DNA of 63,834 nucleotides, filler included, from Sphaeroforma arctica JP610 (lineage: Eukaryota), in assembly GCF_001186125.1 (NCBI RefSeq). It is 5 parts of 2 records of this genome, joined end to end, with 100 filler letters (N's around TTAATTAATTAA, not from the genome) between each part and the next. Parts side by side here need not be neighbours in the genome. Positions count along the whole stretch, not along the records: positions 1 to 19,929 come from NW_014040533.1; positions 20,030 to 30,786 come from NW_014040533.1; 3 more parts are not named here. One strand, 5' to 3'. The notes beneath the pieces are model-generated. The model made no database searches. It was given only the letters and a program-made list of their open reading frames with translations, and had not been told where the DNA came from. Positions 10,763-22,974 of this stretch are shown here, piece after piece. The translations under genes and the position numbers were made by a program. Numbering within the stretch: position 1 is the first letter of the stretch; every line of letters starts with the position of its first letter.

Positions 10763-13335
10763 ATGAAAGCGAACTTCATCTTTATAGCAATTGCTCTCAC
10801 CGTATTCTCCGGTTATAATGCGCAACATGCTTCCAAACTAGATAACCCTTCTCTACTTTCCCGTGCTGAGTACCCTGGTGTCGACGTATCTCGCTTTCCT
10901 AGTTATGATCCTAACAGGTGTGCCACCACCACGAGCTCCAATTTACCGAGCACAATCAGTGGCTCTGGTGTAGTATATGAACTGAGAGATGGCACATACA
11001 ACAATGTTGATATTACAGTGACTAATGGTGCTGTATTAAGAGCACAAAACTATCGAGGAGTGAGATTCAGCGGTGCCGTACGTGTGAAGGTAGAGAACAA
11101 TGGGGTTCTTGATGGCATCATCTTCGAGAATGCGGCACCTATTGCTATTGGGCTTGTTGAACCCAACCAGGGCAGAGTCACACGCTGCGAGTTCAATGGT
11201 TTGCATAGTCCTTCTGGTACATCTGACCGCAAGAGAGCTATCTATGGGCGTGGAGGCTATCAGATCATAGATCATAATTCCTTCTTCGATCTATGCCTTT
11301 CATCATTGACCGTGGTAGTTGATGAAGACGGACCAAGTATCACGTACAGGAACAGGTAAAAAATATGCTCATCATACATCAATATTGTGACACAGCCGTT
11401 CTTGGGCCTTATTTTTCAGATGGTTTAAAGGGAAGCTCTTTGTGTTATTCGCGATCGTTGTGATATGATATGCTCATTTTGCAACTATTGATTTTAACAT
11501 CATTTATATCATAGATTCGTCAAGCAGTGCAGAGACTTTGGAACCGAAGTGTGGCGCGTGGGAGGCAGCAGCGTTTCACGCAAACAGTCATTTGCATTCG
11601 TAGACGAAAACTACTTTGAGGATCAGAATGGCGAGCACGAACTAATGAGTATCAAGGCGTCTAATGTAGTTGTGCGTCGGAACACGCTCACTAATTGCGT
11701 AGGCTCCATTACTAATCGGTATGTATTCCATCACACGAGTCTGGCAGTTGCATATACATCGAAAGTACACTTTACCAAGGACCAACTTTAAGAGGAATAC
11801 ATATGAAAAAGCTAATATCAGTCGAAACATGTATTGTTGTATTGCATTTTATTGTACTGCATTTTCGTGTTTAATCGAGTCTGTTCCTTTATTTATCCCA
11901 TTTCTATAACCCCACCCCCCATGTGTATGCGATGTACAGATATGGAAGCTCCATCACGATCCAAGGTAATCACATTACATGCGCCATTAAGACTGAGGGC
12001 GGAATCCGATCCTTCGGTCGTGACCAGGATATCATCAACAACCTTGTGTCCAACTGTGAGGACTCAGGACAATATGGTATTGCATTAGGACTAGGTGACA
12101 ACTGTTTCGGTTCACAGGGAGGGTGTGATTATGAAGTGGGTTCAAATGTGGAACTCAACGGAAACTTCCTACTATCCGGAAGTTCATTGGTGGTAGGAGA
12201 TAACGGCGGTGGCAATGTTTGCCCGACCTATGCCTCTGTATTCAACAATGTGTTCACTGGGGAAAATAGACGGGGACGAAGCGACAGAGGTGAGCTCTGT
12301 GTCCTACCTACCAACAGAAACTCCAACTCATTTACGTTTATACGGCCCACCGCCCTAAACCCCGATGAAACGGGACCTTTTCAACGCACATCATCTCAGT
12401 GTGGGCCTTGTACAGGTCAGTGCCGCAACGGTCAGTGTGCTGTAAGTGGTTCAGGGTTCAGATGTACCACTTGTGATCTCGGCTATCGTTTGGCTAACAA
12501 TGGACTTTCATGTGAATTAGCGAATGTATGCGACGGCCAGTGTGCCAACGGTGTATGCGTGGCCGGTGCAAGTACCCACATGTGTGTCAGGTGCGGTCCA
12601 GGCTTTGAGGTGTCTCCCGACGGACTGTCGTGTGACGAAGTTATCCCTAGAGATGATGGGAACGATTCGGACTTCGGTACGGATCCCTCCGACAACTACT
12701 ATATCTGCGGCAGCCCAGATGTGCAAACAATCAGATGCTTCCAGTCAGATACGATGGGCTACCTACCAAACACTCCCTGCTGTGTAGAACAGGACAGCTG
12801 TGGCACATACGCGTCTATTCAGTGCCAGTCAGTCAGCTGCTGTGAGCGTGCGGAAAATATGGAAGTTGGACCTACTCCTTCTCCTGAGGTGCCTGATGTA
12901 ACTGAGGTACCTGATATGCCTGAGGTACCTGATAGGCCTGAGGTACCTGATATGCCTGAGGTACCTGATAGGCCTGTACCTGAGGTACCTGATATGCCTG
13001 AGGTACCTGATAGGCCTGTACCTGAGGTACCTGATAGGCCTGTGGTACCTGATGTGCCTGAGGGGCCTGATATGCCTGAGGTACCTGATAGGCCTGATGT
13101 ACCTGATGTGCCTGGGGTGCCTGATATGCCTATAAGAATGCCTGATGTACCGGCTGTTGGGTCACCGAGCGATGTGGATACCAGCGGGAACTACTTTACT
13201 TGCGGAAAAGAGCTCCCATACAGCAAATGCAACGGTCGCACATACACATGGGGTAGGCCGTGCTGCCGGAATTCGGGCAGATGCGGCTCATACTCAAAAA
13301 TCAAGTGCACGAGCACAAAGTGCTGTCCCAATTAG
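10763..13335 (+). CDS. Secreted polysaccharide lyase family 6-like (chondroitinase B/alginate lyase beta-helix) with 2 EGF-like domains, Pro-rich linker and two 8-Cys modules; exons 10763-11355, 11515-11718, 11940-13335
   Basis: Signal peptide MKANFIFIAIALTVFSG. Motifs DGTY..V, RVTRCEF, IDHNSF, EVWRVG.S, ENYFEDQNGEHELMSIKAS...RRNT...GSITNRYG match the PL6 pattern GEVEIISNKS...LTLRHG. Splice sites keep frame. Confidence 0.8.
12883..13150 (+). repeat. Coding 9-bp minisatellite (CCTGAGGTA/CCTGATATG/CCTGATAGG) encoding a PEV/PDM/PDR linker
   Basis: Directly visible. Confidence 0.95.
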
Positions 13336-13626
13336 AACACAGTGATCCAATAGTTAGATCGCACTCTACTACGACATGCTGGACATGCTCGTGTAGAAGT
13401 GTACGGAAGAATTTCGTTTCCGTATGTCAGGTCCATATAGGAGACCATAGAGCGAAGCTCACAAATTACAAGGCCAGCAATATTTCCTGTGTCATAGTCG
13501 TGCCGTAGACATCCTTTGCTTTGTAAGCAACAACAAACTCACGGTCGAGACACAGAAGTCCTAGCCAACTCTGAAAAGGAGCCATGGAACAAATGGTCCC
13601 CTCTTTTAAAAAAATAAATAAATAGA

Positions 13627-14156
13627 AGTAATCCTGATCGAAGTGATGAAATCGGATCCAACCGTCCTCTACACTAAAACGTTGTTATCATTGTGCGCAT
13701 AAGAATACCTGCATATTTATCCATTTTCCCTCATACATGATTGTCTACATTGGCGAACTGGAGTTTGAAGCACTCCTGATCGAAGTGATGAAACCGGTTG
13801 CAGCCGTCCTCTACACCACTGACTTCAACGTTATCGTTATGCGTGGAAGAAGACCTTCATATTCATCTATTTTCACTTATACATCCTGATCAAAGGGATG
13901 AAATCGGATGCAGCCGTCCTATACACCACTGGCATGAACGGTTTCAATATCAAATACACCGGCTCGCAGAAGGATCCCTTCATGTTTATCTATTTTCACT
14001 TATACATGCTTTTGTCTAAATGGCGAACTGGAAATTGAAGTAATCCTGATCGAAGTGATGAAATCGGATGCAGCCGTCCTAACATTTTCAATATCAAACA
14101 AACTGGCTCACAGTCGGACACCTTCATATTTATCTATTTTCACTATACATGCGTGT
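13627..14156 (-). repeat. Four degenerate tandem copies of the eIF3i last-exon/3'UTR segment
   Basis: TCCTGATCGAAGTGATGAAATCGGATGCAGCCGTCCT-like cores near 13630, 13775, 13885 and 14040, versus the coding copy near 14180. Confidence 0.9.
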
Positions 14157-17100
14157 TTACATGGCGAACTGGAAATTGAAGTAATCCTGATCGAAGTGAT
14201 GCAATCGAATGTAACCATCCTCTCCTCCACTCGCGAATCTGTAAGAGAAATGGACAAAACAAGGACACGAGTGAGTTCGACGATATAAGAAGATCGAAAT
14301 CCAAGCATGTGTGTCACATGAAGTATGTGATGGCGTGGATACAAAACTATCGTAGCCGAGGCGACTGGTGTTGAACACAACAGTGCCCACAATGGAAAAC
14401 CAGATTCAATATACTCAAACGAAGGTGGTCTCAGGAGTATTAAACGCTATCATTATCAGATATAATTCAAAACAGAATTCAATACACAAAAAGAGATTGT
14501 GGTCTCAATGGTATCAACAGACATGAATGTTATCTCATGGTAGAATATCTAAAAATTGGTGGTCTCAGCAGTAATAAATGTTATCCTCATGGTAGATTAT
14601 CGGATACTATCTAAGCTTACAAAATCATTGACCAAAACTACGCTGCAGCGCAACGCAAATGACTAATAACAGAAACGGACGCAAGGTATGCTGAATAAGG
14701 ACAACGACAAAACCTACAAGTAAACAAAGAATGAATACAATATATAAAAAACCAATGTAACTCATGCAGTGCATAAGCGTACACAGTCGCGTGTAATTGA
14801 CCCGTACATATCAATAGTGGTGTGAATCAATGAAGTCAATGGACATACCCAGTTCCGTCAGGGTGGAATTGTACTGTGTTAATAGGACCGAAATGGCCCT
14901 TGACGCGACCAATCTCCTCTTCGAAGATCTCGTGGAAGAATCGCACCTCGAATTTACCTGCCCTAGTGCTCGTGGTTGTGACATCTCTGCGAAAGAACAA
15001 CGATAATACGATAGAGGGATGATTAGCACCAAACTTTATTTGGATATGTACGAAGATGGACGCCAGTTCACATACAATTGTATATACACACGGTATATGG
15101 ATACATGGGTACGGGTATATGGTTCAAGAAATCACGTCGACTCTGCCAGAAAATACAGAACAATTGGTCTCAGCAGTAATAAATGATATCCTCATGGTAG
15201 ATTATCGGATACTATCTAAGCTTACAGAAAATCATTGACCATAACAAAACAGGCTTCAATTTTTTTTAAACAATACGAGCGAGGACGGTCTTACTTGACT
15301 GGACATCACCACTCAACAACGCATATTTCAGATCAATGCGAAGCTTACCTGGCATCTTGACCTCCTCCTAGTAGTACATGATCACGGATCGGACTTATTG
15401 ACGCTGAGTTTACTGGTCGGTCGGTCTTATAAGTCTGTAGAGTATATTAATAAGTGTGGGATGCAATGAGAATGGATTGTAGACGACGATATAAGTTACA
15501 AACACACAACTAATACACTCGACACTGAGAAATCCGTTACACCATTTGCAAATCAACTAGAAAATGCATACAGCGCGGAGGTGGATATGCAGCAGCTTTA
15601 CCGCTACACACGAGACGAGAGCGCGAGCTCAGAGAACACTTCATCCGCATAATTTCCTCGGAAGAACGAAAGTTAATAAATGATTTTTTCTCATCACTGT
15701 CGCGCCCCACCACATGCAGAAGCAACACTGGTGAAAAAGCAGCTAAGGTATAACCCAGAAGCGAATCAAAAATTTCCTGACTACAAAACAGCATATCTCT
15801 CTACCACCAATATACGATAGAGACAAAAGCACATGCGCTTAGAACACAGATATCCGTTTCTTATCGCATGATACGATTACCTTTAGGACTTCAAACGTTT
15901 TTGGGTCGAGAAGTTTGGAGTTGTGGTCCTTTGATGCGGTGATGAGACATGATCGGTTGGGTGACATCTGGATGTCGTTGACTTGGGCGTCGTGTACGGC
16001 GACGATGGTAGTGGGTTCCCACGTCTTGATATCCCAAAGCTATAAACAGGGAAGAAATAAAATATAATTAGCGAGCTACAAATAGAATGAATTCACGAGC
16101 AGTAATTTGAAACGGTTAAACTATGGTGCGAATCAGAGTAACAAATTGGCACAAGCATCACCACGAGAGCAAAACGCTGAGAATAGATGGCTGATGAATA
16201 CAAAGCCGAAACACCGAGATGCACACAACGCAGAACATGACACAATTGTAAAGGTTTGTAGATTGTGGTCTAGTGTGAATAAATAAACGAATAGAGCGCG
16301 AGCTCAGAATAATAACATCCGCACAATTTCCTCGGAAGAACGAAAGTTAATGATTTTACATTTTCTCATCATAGTCGCGCTCGATGTCATGGTGCGGCAG
16401 AGGCTACCAGTTATGCAAAAATCGAGAGTCGGAGCTGTATCACGGACATCACGGACTTAAGACAAAAAAAAGATAACACAAAACTTAACTTGTGATAAAT
16501 ATGCACGCAATAAGCTATCTCGTACACACATAATACTAGTGATTCCTTAGATTCGAGGGCATCTACATACCTTCATTTCTCCGTTCTCGTGGCCGGTGAT
16601 GTATGTATCGTCGTATGGGCCCCATTCGGCTGTTGTAACCTGCAATGGAAATTGAAAGTACAGCAGTTAAGTATCGGAAAACACAACTTGAGGTGAAATA
16701 AAGAAAATAGCTTTACATAGAAAGAAGGTGCAACACACATGGACATACTCACAAGCTCTATATATATATATAAAGTGATTTGCCTACTCATCACATAATT
16801 TGAAAAATAGACGCCAGAACCACGCGTATACTCACAAACACAGCATTCATGCACAAATATCAGCGACTGAATGTATAAGTTGTTGTTACTGCGCTTCCGT
16901 GAGTTTGAGCGGAAGCGAAGTAGACATTGAAACAACTCCCTCGATATACGGGCCGTACGAATATCCCACCTCACAGGTTAGAGGCACGATCCAAAAAACG
17001 ATCCGATAAAAACACGAAGACCCTATATGCGCCATTGCTACAAGAAACACCAGGAGTAATTGTTGCAGTATTCTGTTTGTGGCCAGACCATCCATAGAGG

Positions 17101-18723
17101 TGTGTATGGTACATGTAACTTCACACTGATACATAAAGCGCTGACGCACGAGCTACACACCTTAGAGTCGTTGAGTTCAACGACCGTGTGCGGCTTGTTG
17201 TTCTTCATTTGACTCGAATCGTTGAGATCGAATAATCTGATCTCGCACGGGAAACCCATACGTTGATCTGTGGTGACAGCTAACTGGTTAAAAGCCTCGT
17301 TGAAGCGTACTGTTCGTACGGCGGTCTCGGTGCCTAGCTTGTGAAGTTCGGTACCAGTTTCACAGTCCCATACACGCGCCGTGTTATCGGCTGCACCAGT
17401 GACCACATGCGTCGAGTCCTGTGTGGCAATGGGTTCATATAAATATATGAGCACACTATTCGCGAGACGACGGGGTGTGCATTCGTATACACCATACACA
17501 GGTGTATCTGCTATTGATGTTGTGTAATGCTTATATGTACACCGCTGGCACGTATCTCATGAACCAGTACATTATTTTCTTACTGTATGCAACAGTTTGT
17601 GCTTTACAAGTGCTTACACTGCATTTGTAAAATACAATACGGAAACCGCTGGACGAGTCAGATTTCAAATACAATCAGCTATTGTCTATATACACTTCTC
17701 CGCACCGTCGAGGGCCTAACCACGACTACGACAGGGATAACTTATTTAGATCATGTTCTACTTGGCATCTTCCTCGCACGGATATGTCTAGTGCAAGTAT
17801 AATCAACATTTATGACGGTTTGGCGAGATAATTCAGTAAAATGTCCAAAACGCACAAGAATATATGCAATTTCATTCCGATGGCAGTGACGCAGTAGAAT
17901 ATGGCCCAGAATACATCATTTGCGTCTGTGTAATACTATATATAGCAGCTCAAAGTATCTAGTTTCTAGAAACGATATTAGACTACACCTTCATACATTG
18001 TTCCGTACGGATAATAAATACTAGTAATATTGCGTGTAAGAGTATTACGATCATAAAAACCATTGAAGCACATGAAAGAAGCTCTTACTTCATACGGTTA
18101 CAAAAGTGAAGAAGTTCTTTCACTCTCGATATTCTTGCTTGGCATACATACATGTCAACCGACATATCTCTGTTTGACAACTAGTATGTGTGTGTGGGAT
18201 GTTTAACGAAATCGAAACTGCATCTACAGTGAAAAATGGTGGTACATATATGGCATCTCAGTTAGTCATGTAATCTGAGCGCGCACAACAACTGCGTTTA
18301 CATATATCATTGCAGCAGTAAGTGTGTTTGTCGGTAGTACGGTGAATGTAAAGAAGCAACACAATTAAATGTCGACTATGTAAATTTGATTTTGCGTATA
18401 GTATACGGTTTATGAACAAAAATCATTCGTATGCAGATTAACGATTGTATAATTTGTAGCGCACTACATATCAAACTGTGAACACATTCTATGTCTAGTA
18501 AAGCACGCACGCACATACATGTTGTTCTCCTACTCACCCAGTTGACATCGATAGACCAGCAAGCACCTTTGTGTCCTTTATATGTACCCAAACGTTCACC
18601 ATTGTGACTGAACCAGACGGTAGGTTTGGTATCCTTGGCGACGGAAAACAACAGATCGCCCGAGCGATTGTATCTAATCTGAGTCAGGGAACGCTCGTGC
18701 CCGTAGCACATTATAGGTTTCAT
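14157..18723 (-). CDS. EIF3I: Eukaryotic translation initiation factor 3 subunit I (WD40); exons 18723-18538, 17418-17161, 16639-16571, 16039-15881, 15434-15349, 14986-14849, 14238-14157
   Basis: [107 protein letters not shown]. Confidence 0.97.
14560..14634 (-). ncRNA. Box C/D snoRNA, uncertain target (eIF3i intron 6)
   Basis: TGGTC/GACCA stem, C ATGATTT, D' CCGA, C' ATGAGGA, D CTGA. Duplicated at 15165-15241. Confidence 0.75.
15165..15241 (-). ncRNA. Box C/D snoRNA, paralog of 14560-14634 (eIF3i intron 5)
   Basis: Same boxes, stem and guide GTAAGCTTAGATAGTAT. Confidence 0.75.
15619..15708 (-). ncRNA. snR54: Box C/D snoRNA snR54/U59 family (eIF3i intron 4)
   Basis: GCGCGA/TCGCGC stem, C GTGATGA, guide TAACTTTCGTTCTT complementary to 18S AAGAACGAAAGUUA, D' CCGA, C' ATGCGGA, D CTGA. 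Confidence 0.88.
16294..16382 (-). ncRNA. snR54: Box C/D snoRNA snR54/U59 family (eIF3i intron 3)
   Basis: GAGCGCGA/TCGCGCTC stem, C ATGATGA, same guide and D' CCGA, C' GTGCGGA, D CTGA. Confidence 0.88.
17672..17760 (-). ncRNA. snR38: Box C/D snoRNA, snR38/SNORD1 family (eIF3i intron 1)
   Basis: C ATGATCT, guide AGTTATCCCTGT, D' variant CGTA, same GTCGTGGTTAGGCCCTCGAC core, C' GTGCGGA, D CTGA. Confidence 0.82.
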
Positions 18724-19881
18724 AGTGTTTTTATATGTGTACTCACGCGTATGCGTGTGTGTGTTTATGATGCAATTTAATGCTTCGTATGTACAGGTCA
18801 GGTTGTGGTATATGCCTGTGAATAGGCTTTTTGGGTCAAAACGAAGAGGTAAGCGTGTGTGTACATCTCTTTGCGCGCATTTTGTTCAGTTGTTTGTTTC
18901 ACAATCATCCACACGTGTCGTTCACTCAAAGAAAATGTACCGACACAACCAAAGTACGTTTAAGGACTCGATTCTATGGAGCTACCGACCATACCTGCAA
19001 GTCCGGCTTATTTTTAAAACAGTATATTATAAACGTACAATTATAAAAATAAAGCCTTCACATTGGTGAAGTTTCCTTAGTACTAATTGAAATAGCCTAA
19101 GAATAGTTCTATTTATAAATCTTAAAATTAGAAGTGTCAGTTCACTGAAGCGTCTGTCGACGAGTGTTTAGTAGCGAGAAAATGCGATGCCCCTAGACAC
19201 TGACAGCATACTGAGTAATTAACGACGTTTTTTTAAACAGAGAATGTCGTAAAAATCGAACTGCCCAGAAGATGACCAGAATTAACGACAAATGTAAGTA
19301 CCAAGAATTGATGTAAATTGAAGGATCTCTGGAATTCGCATTCCGCTACTGGTGAGTGTTCGTGTTTCACTGTTTTCTCTTTTCACACACAACAACAAAG
19401 ATTCTGAAATAGACAAACAACTACTATAAAAATATACAATTTAAAAAGGTATATGTGTCGATCACAGCACCTATCGTACTTCAGTCCGTGACAAACTACA
19501 CAGAAGCATCATCATAAAAGGTACGCAGAAGGAACTTGACTACTCATATCCCTTTCTAATGTCCATCTAACGCTAAAATAATATATTCATGGTATAAGTA
19601 ACTGAGGAGCTGCATTCGAGACGAGTCGTATGGTTCAATCGTTACACTGGGGGTTAGCGAAAATACATAAATATTTACCATAATTGATGATGTTAGAGAA
19701 CAGACAAAAAGGACACGAATATTTAACAGCTGAAAAAATATGTTTGTGTCCACCTAGGTGTTCAGTGTGCATTTATATATATAGTTATACGCATGCTTGT
19801 TTACATACATATATATGAGTGTATGCATACATAGATATACACAAAACAATCGCTCATGCTAACACACAAACACACACACAC

Positions 19882-19929
<48 letters not shown>

Positions 19930-20399
19930 NNNNNNNNNNNNNNNNNNNNNNNNNNNNNNNNNNNNNNNNNNNNTTAATTAATTAANNNNNNNNNNNNNNN
20001 NNNNNNNNNNNNNNNNNNNNNNNNNNNNNAATCCGTAGGATTTTTGATATCTCTAAAAATAGGGGAAGCTCTGGAGTGTCTGGATCCGAATCCTAAGGCC
20101 CTCCTATCTCGCACATAGTGTCAACATTCCGACATCCGACGGACAAAGATGACACCAGTTGACATCCGACAGACTAAGATAACATCAGTTTCGCGTATAA
20201 AAAGGGGACTCAGATAGGACAAAGAACATCAGTCCACAAACTACCAGAGAAAAGACACACCATCCCTCCCAATAACTAATATTAATATTATAGAAATAAA
20301 AATCTGCGGGTCACTGGGGACTCCGGTCTCCAGTGACACCGTTCGTCTCGCGCCGTTCTAGCCCCGCCTCTCACAAGGCCCAGCGAAAAATAGGACACG

Positions 20400-21020
20400 C
20401 GAGAAATTTTCTGCAAAACAACGAGTGTCCGATCTTTACCGGCTGGAATGGGGTTTGCCCGTTTGAGACTCAAAACAAAATAATCAATAGGCCCAATGTC
20501 TGAATATGAGCAAATAAATTTCCCCTGCGATTATACACTTTCAGTCCCTGCGGCTTCACAGCCGCGTTTTATTACTGAAAGCGTAATCTTTTCTAAGTCC
20601 CTGTCGACTTTATCACCGATTTTTCGTCTGTCCCCAAAAATCGTCGGTGACGCCTTTTTTTCTGGCTGGAATGGGTTTTGCCCATTTGAGACCCTATACA
20701 AAATAATGAATAGGCGCCCAAATCAGAATGTCTGAATATAAACAAGTAAGTTACCTCTATAATTATGCGCTTTCGGTGCTCGAGGTGTCCCAGCCGCGTT
20801 TTATTACTGAACGCGTAAGCTTTTCTAAGTCCCTGTCGACTTTATCACCGACTTTTTGTCCGTCGACCAAAAATCGTCGGTGACGTCCTTTTTTCCCGGC
20901 TGGAATGGGTTTTGCCCATTTGAGACCCTATACAAATTAATCAATAGGCCCCGAATCAAAAGATAAACAAGTAAATTGCTCCTATAATTATGCGCTTTCA
21001 GTCCACGCGGCGTCCCTGCC
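20400..21020. repeat. About 230-bp tandem repeat (3 copies) with a dispersed partial copy at about 29780-29850
   Basis: GGCTGGAATGGG...TTTGAGAC...AATAGG...CTTTCAGTCC..CGGC..CCCAGCCGCGTTTTATT recurs near 20441, 20665 and 20898. Confidence 0.85.
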
Positions 21021-22974
21021 TTATTTAGTGTATGTAGACTGTAGAGTGTAGACCGTAGAGTGACCGAGTGGAGAGTCCCTATATCTTTTATTGAACTTGA
21101 AATCTGTCCGGAACGCTTTCCCCCATTTATAGGCCCCCAAGAGGTCCCCAGGGGATCCTAAAAGGATTTAAATTTTATATAAAAAACGTTACAAGAGCAT
21201 ACTTTTGGGTTCCCTAAGCGGTCCCCTCCCGAAACTTTTTTTTTATTATCAAAATAGGTTTTCGGGTAAAAAGCATTTTGTTGTGTGCGTGACAAAATAA
21301 GGATTCAGGGAGCAGAATTTACTCTGGAGTAAAGAGAACCTATTAAACTTGGAATATGAACAACATTATTTGCTACGATAGTTACCGACATGGAAAAAGA
21401 GTAAAGAGATGTAGTAAATTAATGATTGGAAATAGCACGACGCTTATCTAGGATTATGCAGGTAGTGTTCTGATAGGTGTAGGTTTATGTAAAGAGAACC
21501 TAGACAAGCGATAGGCTCACTGATTTACTGAATGGTTTACACAGACATATAAGGATGTTTGTAACCTAATTTAGAACTTCAACTCAAAAGGCAACGGTAG
21601 TTGTCTAAGTGAGAATGAGGAGGAAGTTCTCATGAAGTTGTGCACGGAAGGTAAAGGTTGTAGAAACCAAGGAATGGGCTAAGATGAGTTCGTGGCGACG
21701 AATAGTATAAATACAGAAGTGTTAGCCGTAGCACGTGACAGTGTAACAGGGTTTTACAGCTTGTTATCTGAACAAATATATAAAAGGTTTTTGCCGTGAG
21801 TAAATCTTGATTACATCACAGTTTTTCTCCTAACTACGGCTCAACCTACTTGTGTGCACAGAACTTTTTTTTAAATTGTTTTTTTCCTACCTGCTAAAAA
21901 TGTAGAACTTTTTTTATTAATAAAAAACAACAAATTGTGGTCCATTTTATATGGTGTAAATATGGGCTATGTATAGAGACCTATACATCAGATGTTTTTT
22001 TAGTAACTAGTTGTTTATTATAAAGTGAAACCCCTATTTATAATGAACAACATATTGTGCTGCACATGGCCCCTCTCTGGGGTCGCGTGGCAGCCGCAGG
22101 AAAAACTCGGTTGAGGTTTAGGACTTAGAAAGGATAAACTAGGTTTGTCCTGAAACCCCCCCCCCCCCCCGGGGAAACGTAGAGGGAGTTTGTTGTGTTT
22201 GATCTGACATTAACATATCACGGAAAGTGGTATGTTTTGGTCGAGCTAGACTCTTCGTAAGGAGGTCGGCGGCGTTATCGTGCGTGGGGATATAATCCAG
22301 TTTGATCATCCCCTGCCTAACACAGGCCCTATTATAGTGATGTCTGATGGCTATGTGGTTAAGTCCTTTCGGAGTGCCTGTACCCAGAGCAATTTTGATA
22401 GCGCTCTGGTTGTCGATATGTAGTCGTGTAGGGAGCGTTAGTTTGTAGCCTAATGCGTGCATAATATTTCGTATCCATGCGATGGATCACGTAGTTTCGG
22501 AGCCGGCGATGTATTCCGCCTCTCCAGAGCTTATCGAAACTGTTTTCTGTATTTGATACCTCCAATATATTGAGGTCGAATTGAAACAGATAAGGGTGCC
22601 GGTTTGCGATTTGCGTGTGAGTGGGCACGACGCCCAGTCAGAGTCGCTATAGGATAAGAGGGCAGTGTCGAGTGTTTGGTCGGATGTGCATGGGCGATAT
22701 GTAAGGGCAAAATGAATGGTGCCGACGAGGTATAGGAGTATACGGAGCAGAGCGTCATAGTGAGGGCGTAAGGGCTGAGCAGAGAATGCAGCCAGCTGGT
22801 TGAGAGTGCACGCAATGTCAACTCGCGTCATGTTGGCCGCAAAGCCAAGTGCGCCCAGGAGGCTGCGAAATTTTCCCGTAAAGATGTCGCCAGTGAGGGC
22901 GCCAGTGTGGGTGTTGGTACCGGGGGTCGTCTTGGTAGGAGAGTCTTGTACGTGAAAGGTATCCAGCATGTAGG

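Noticed and set aside
16888..16923. CGCTTCCG/CGGAAGCG hairpin in eIF3i intron 2, and a C/D-like pair at about 17833-17920
   Set aside because: No convincing complete box set or guide found; not enough to call an RNA gene.
19930..20029. TTAATTAATTAA flanked by Ns (also about 30787-30886, 46206-46305, 61421-61520)
   Set aside because: Artificial contig spacer with stops in all frames; not biological.
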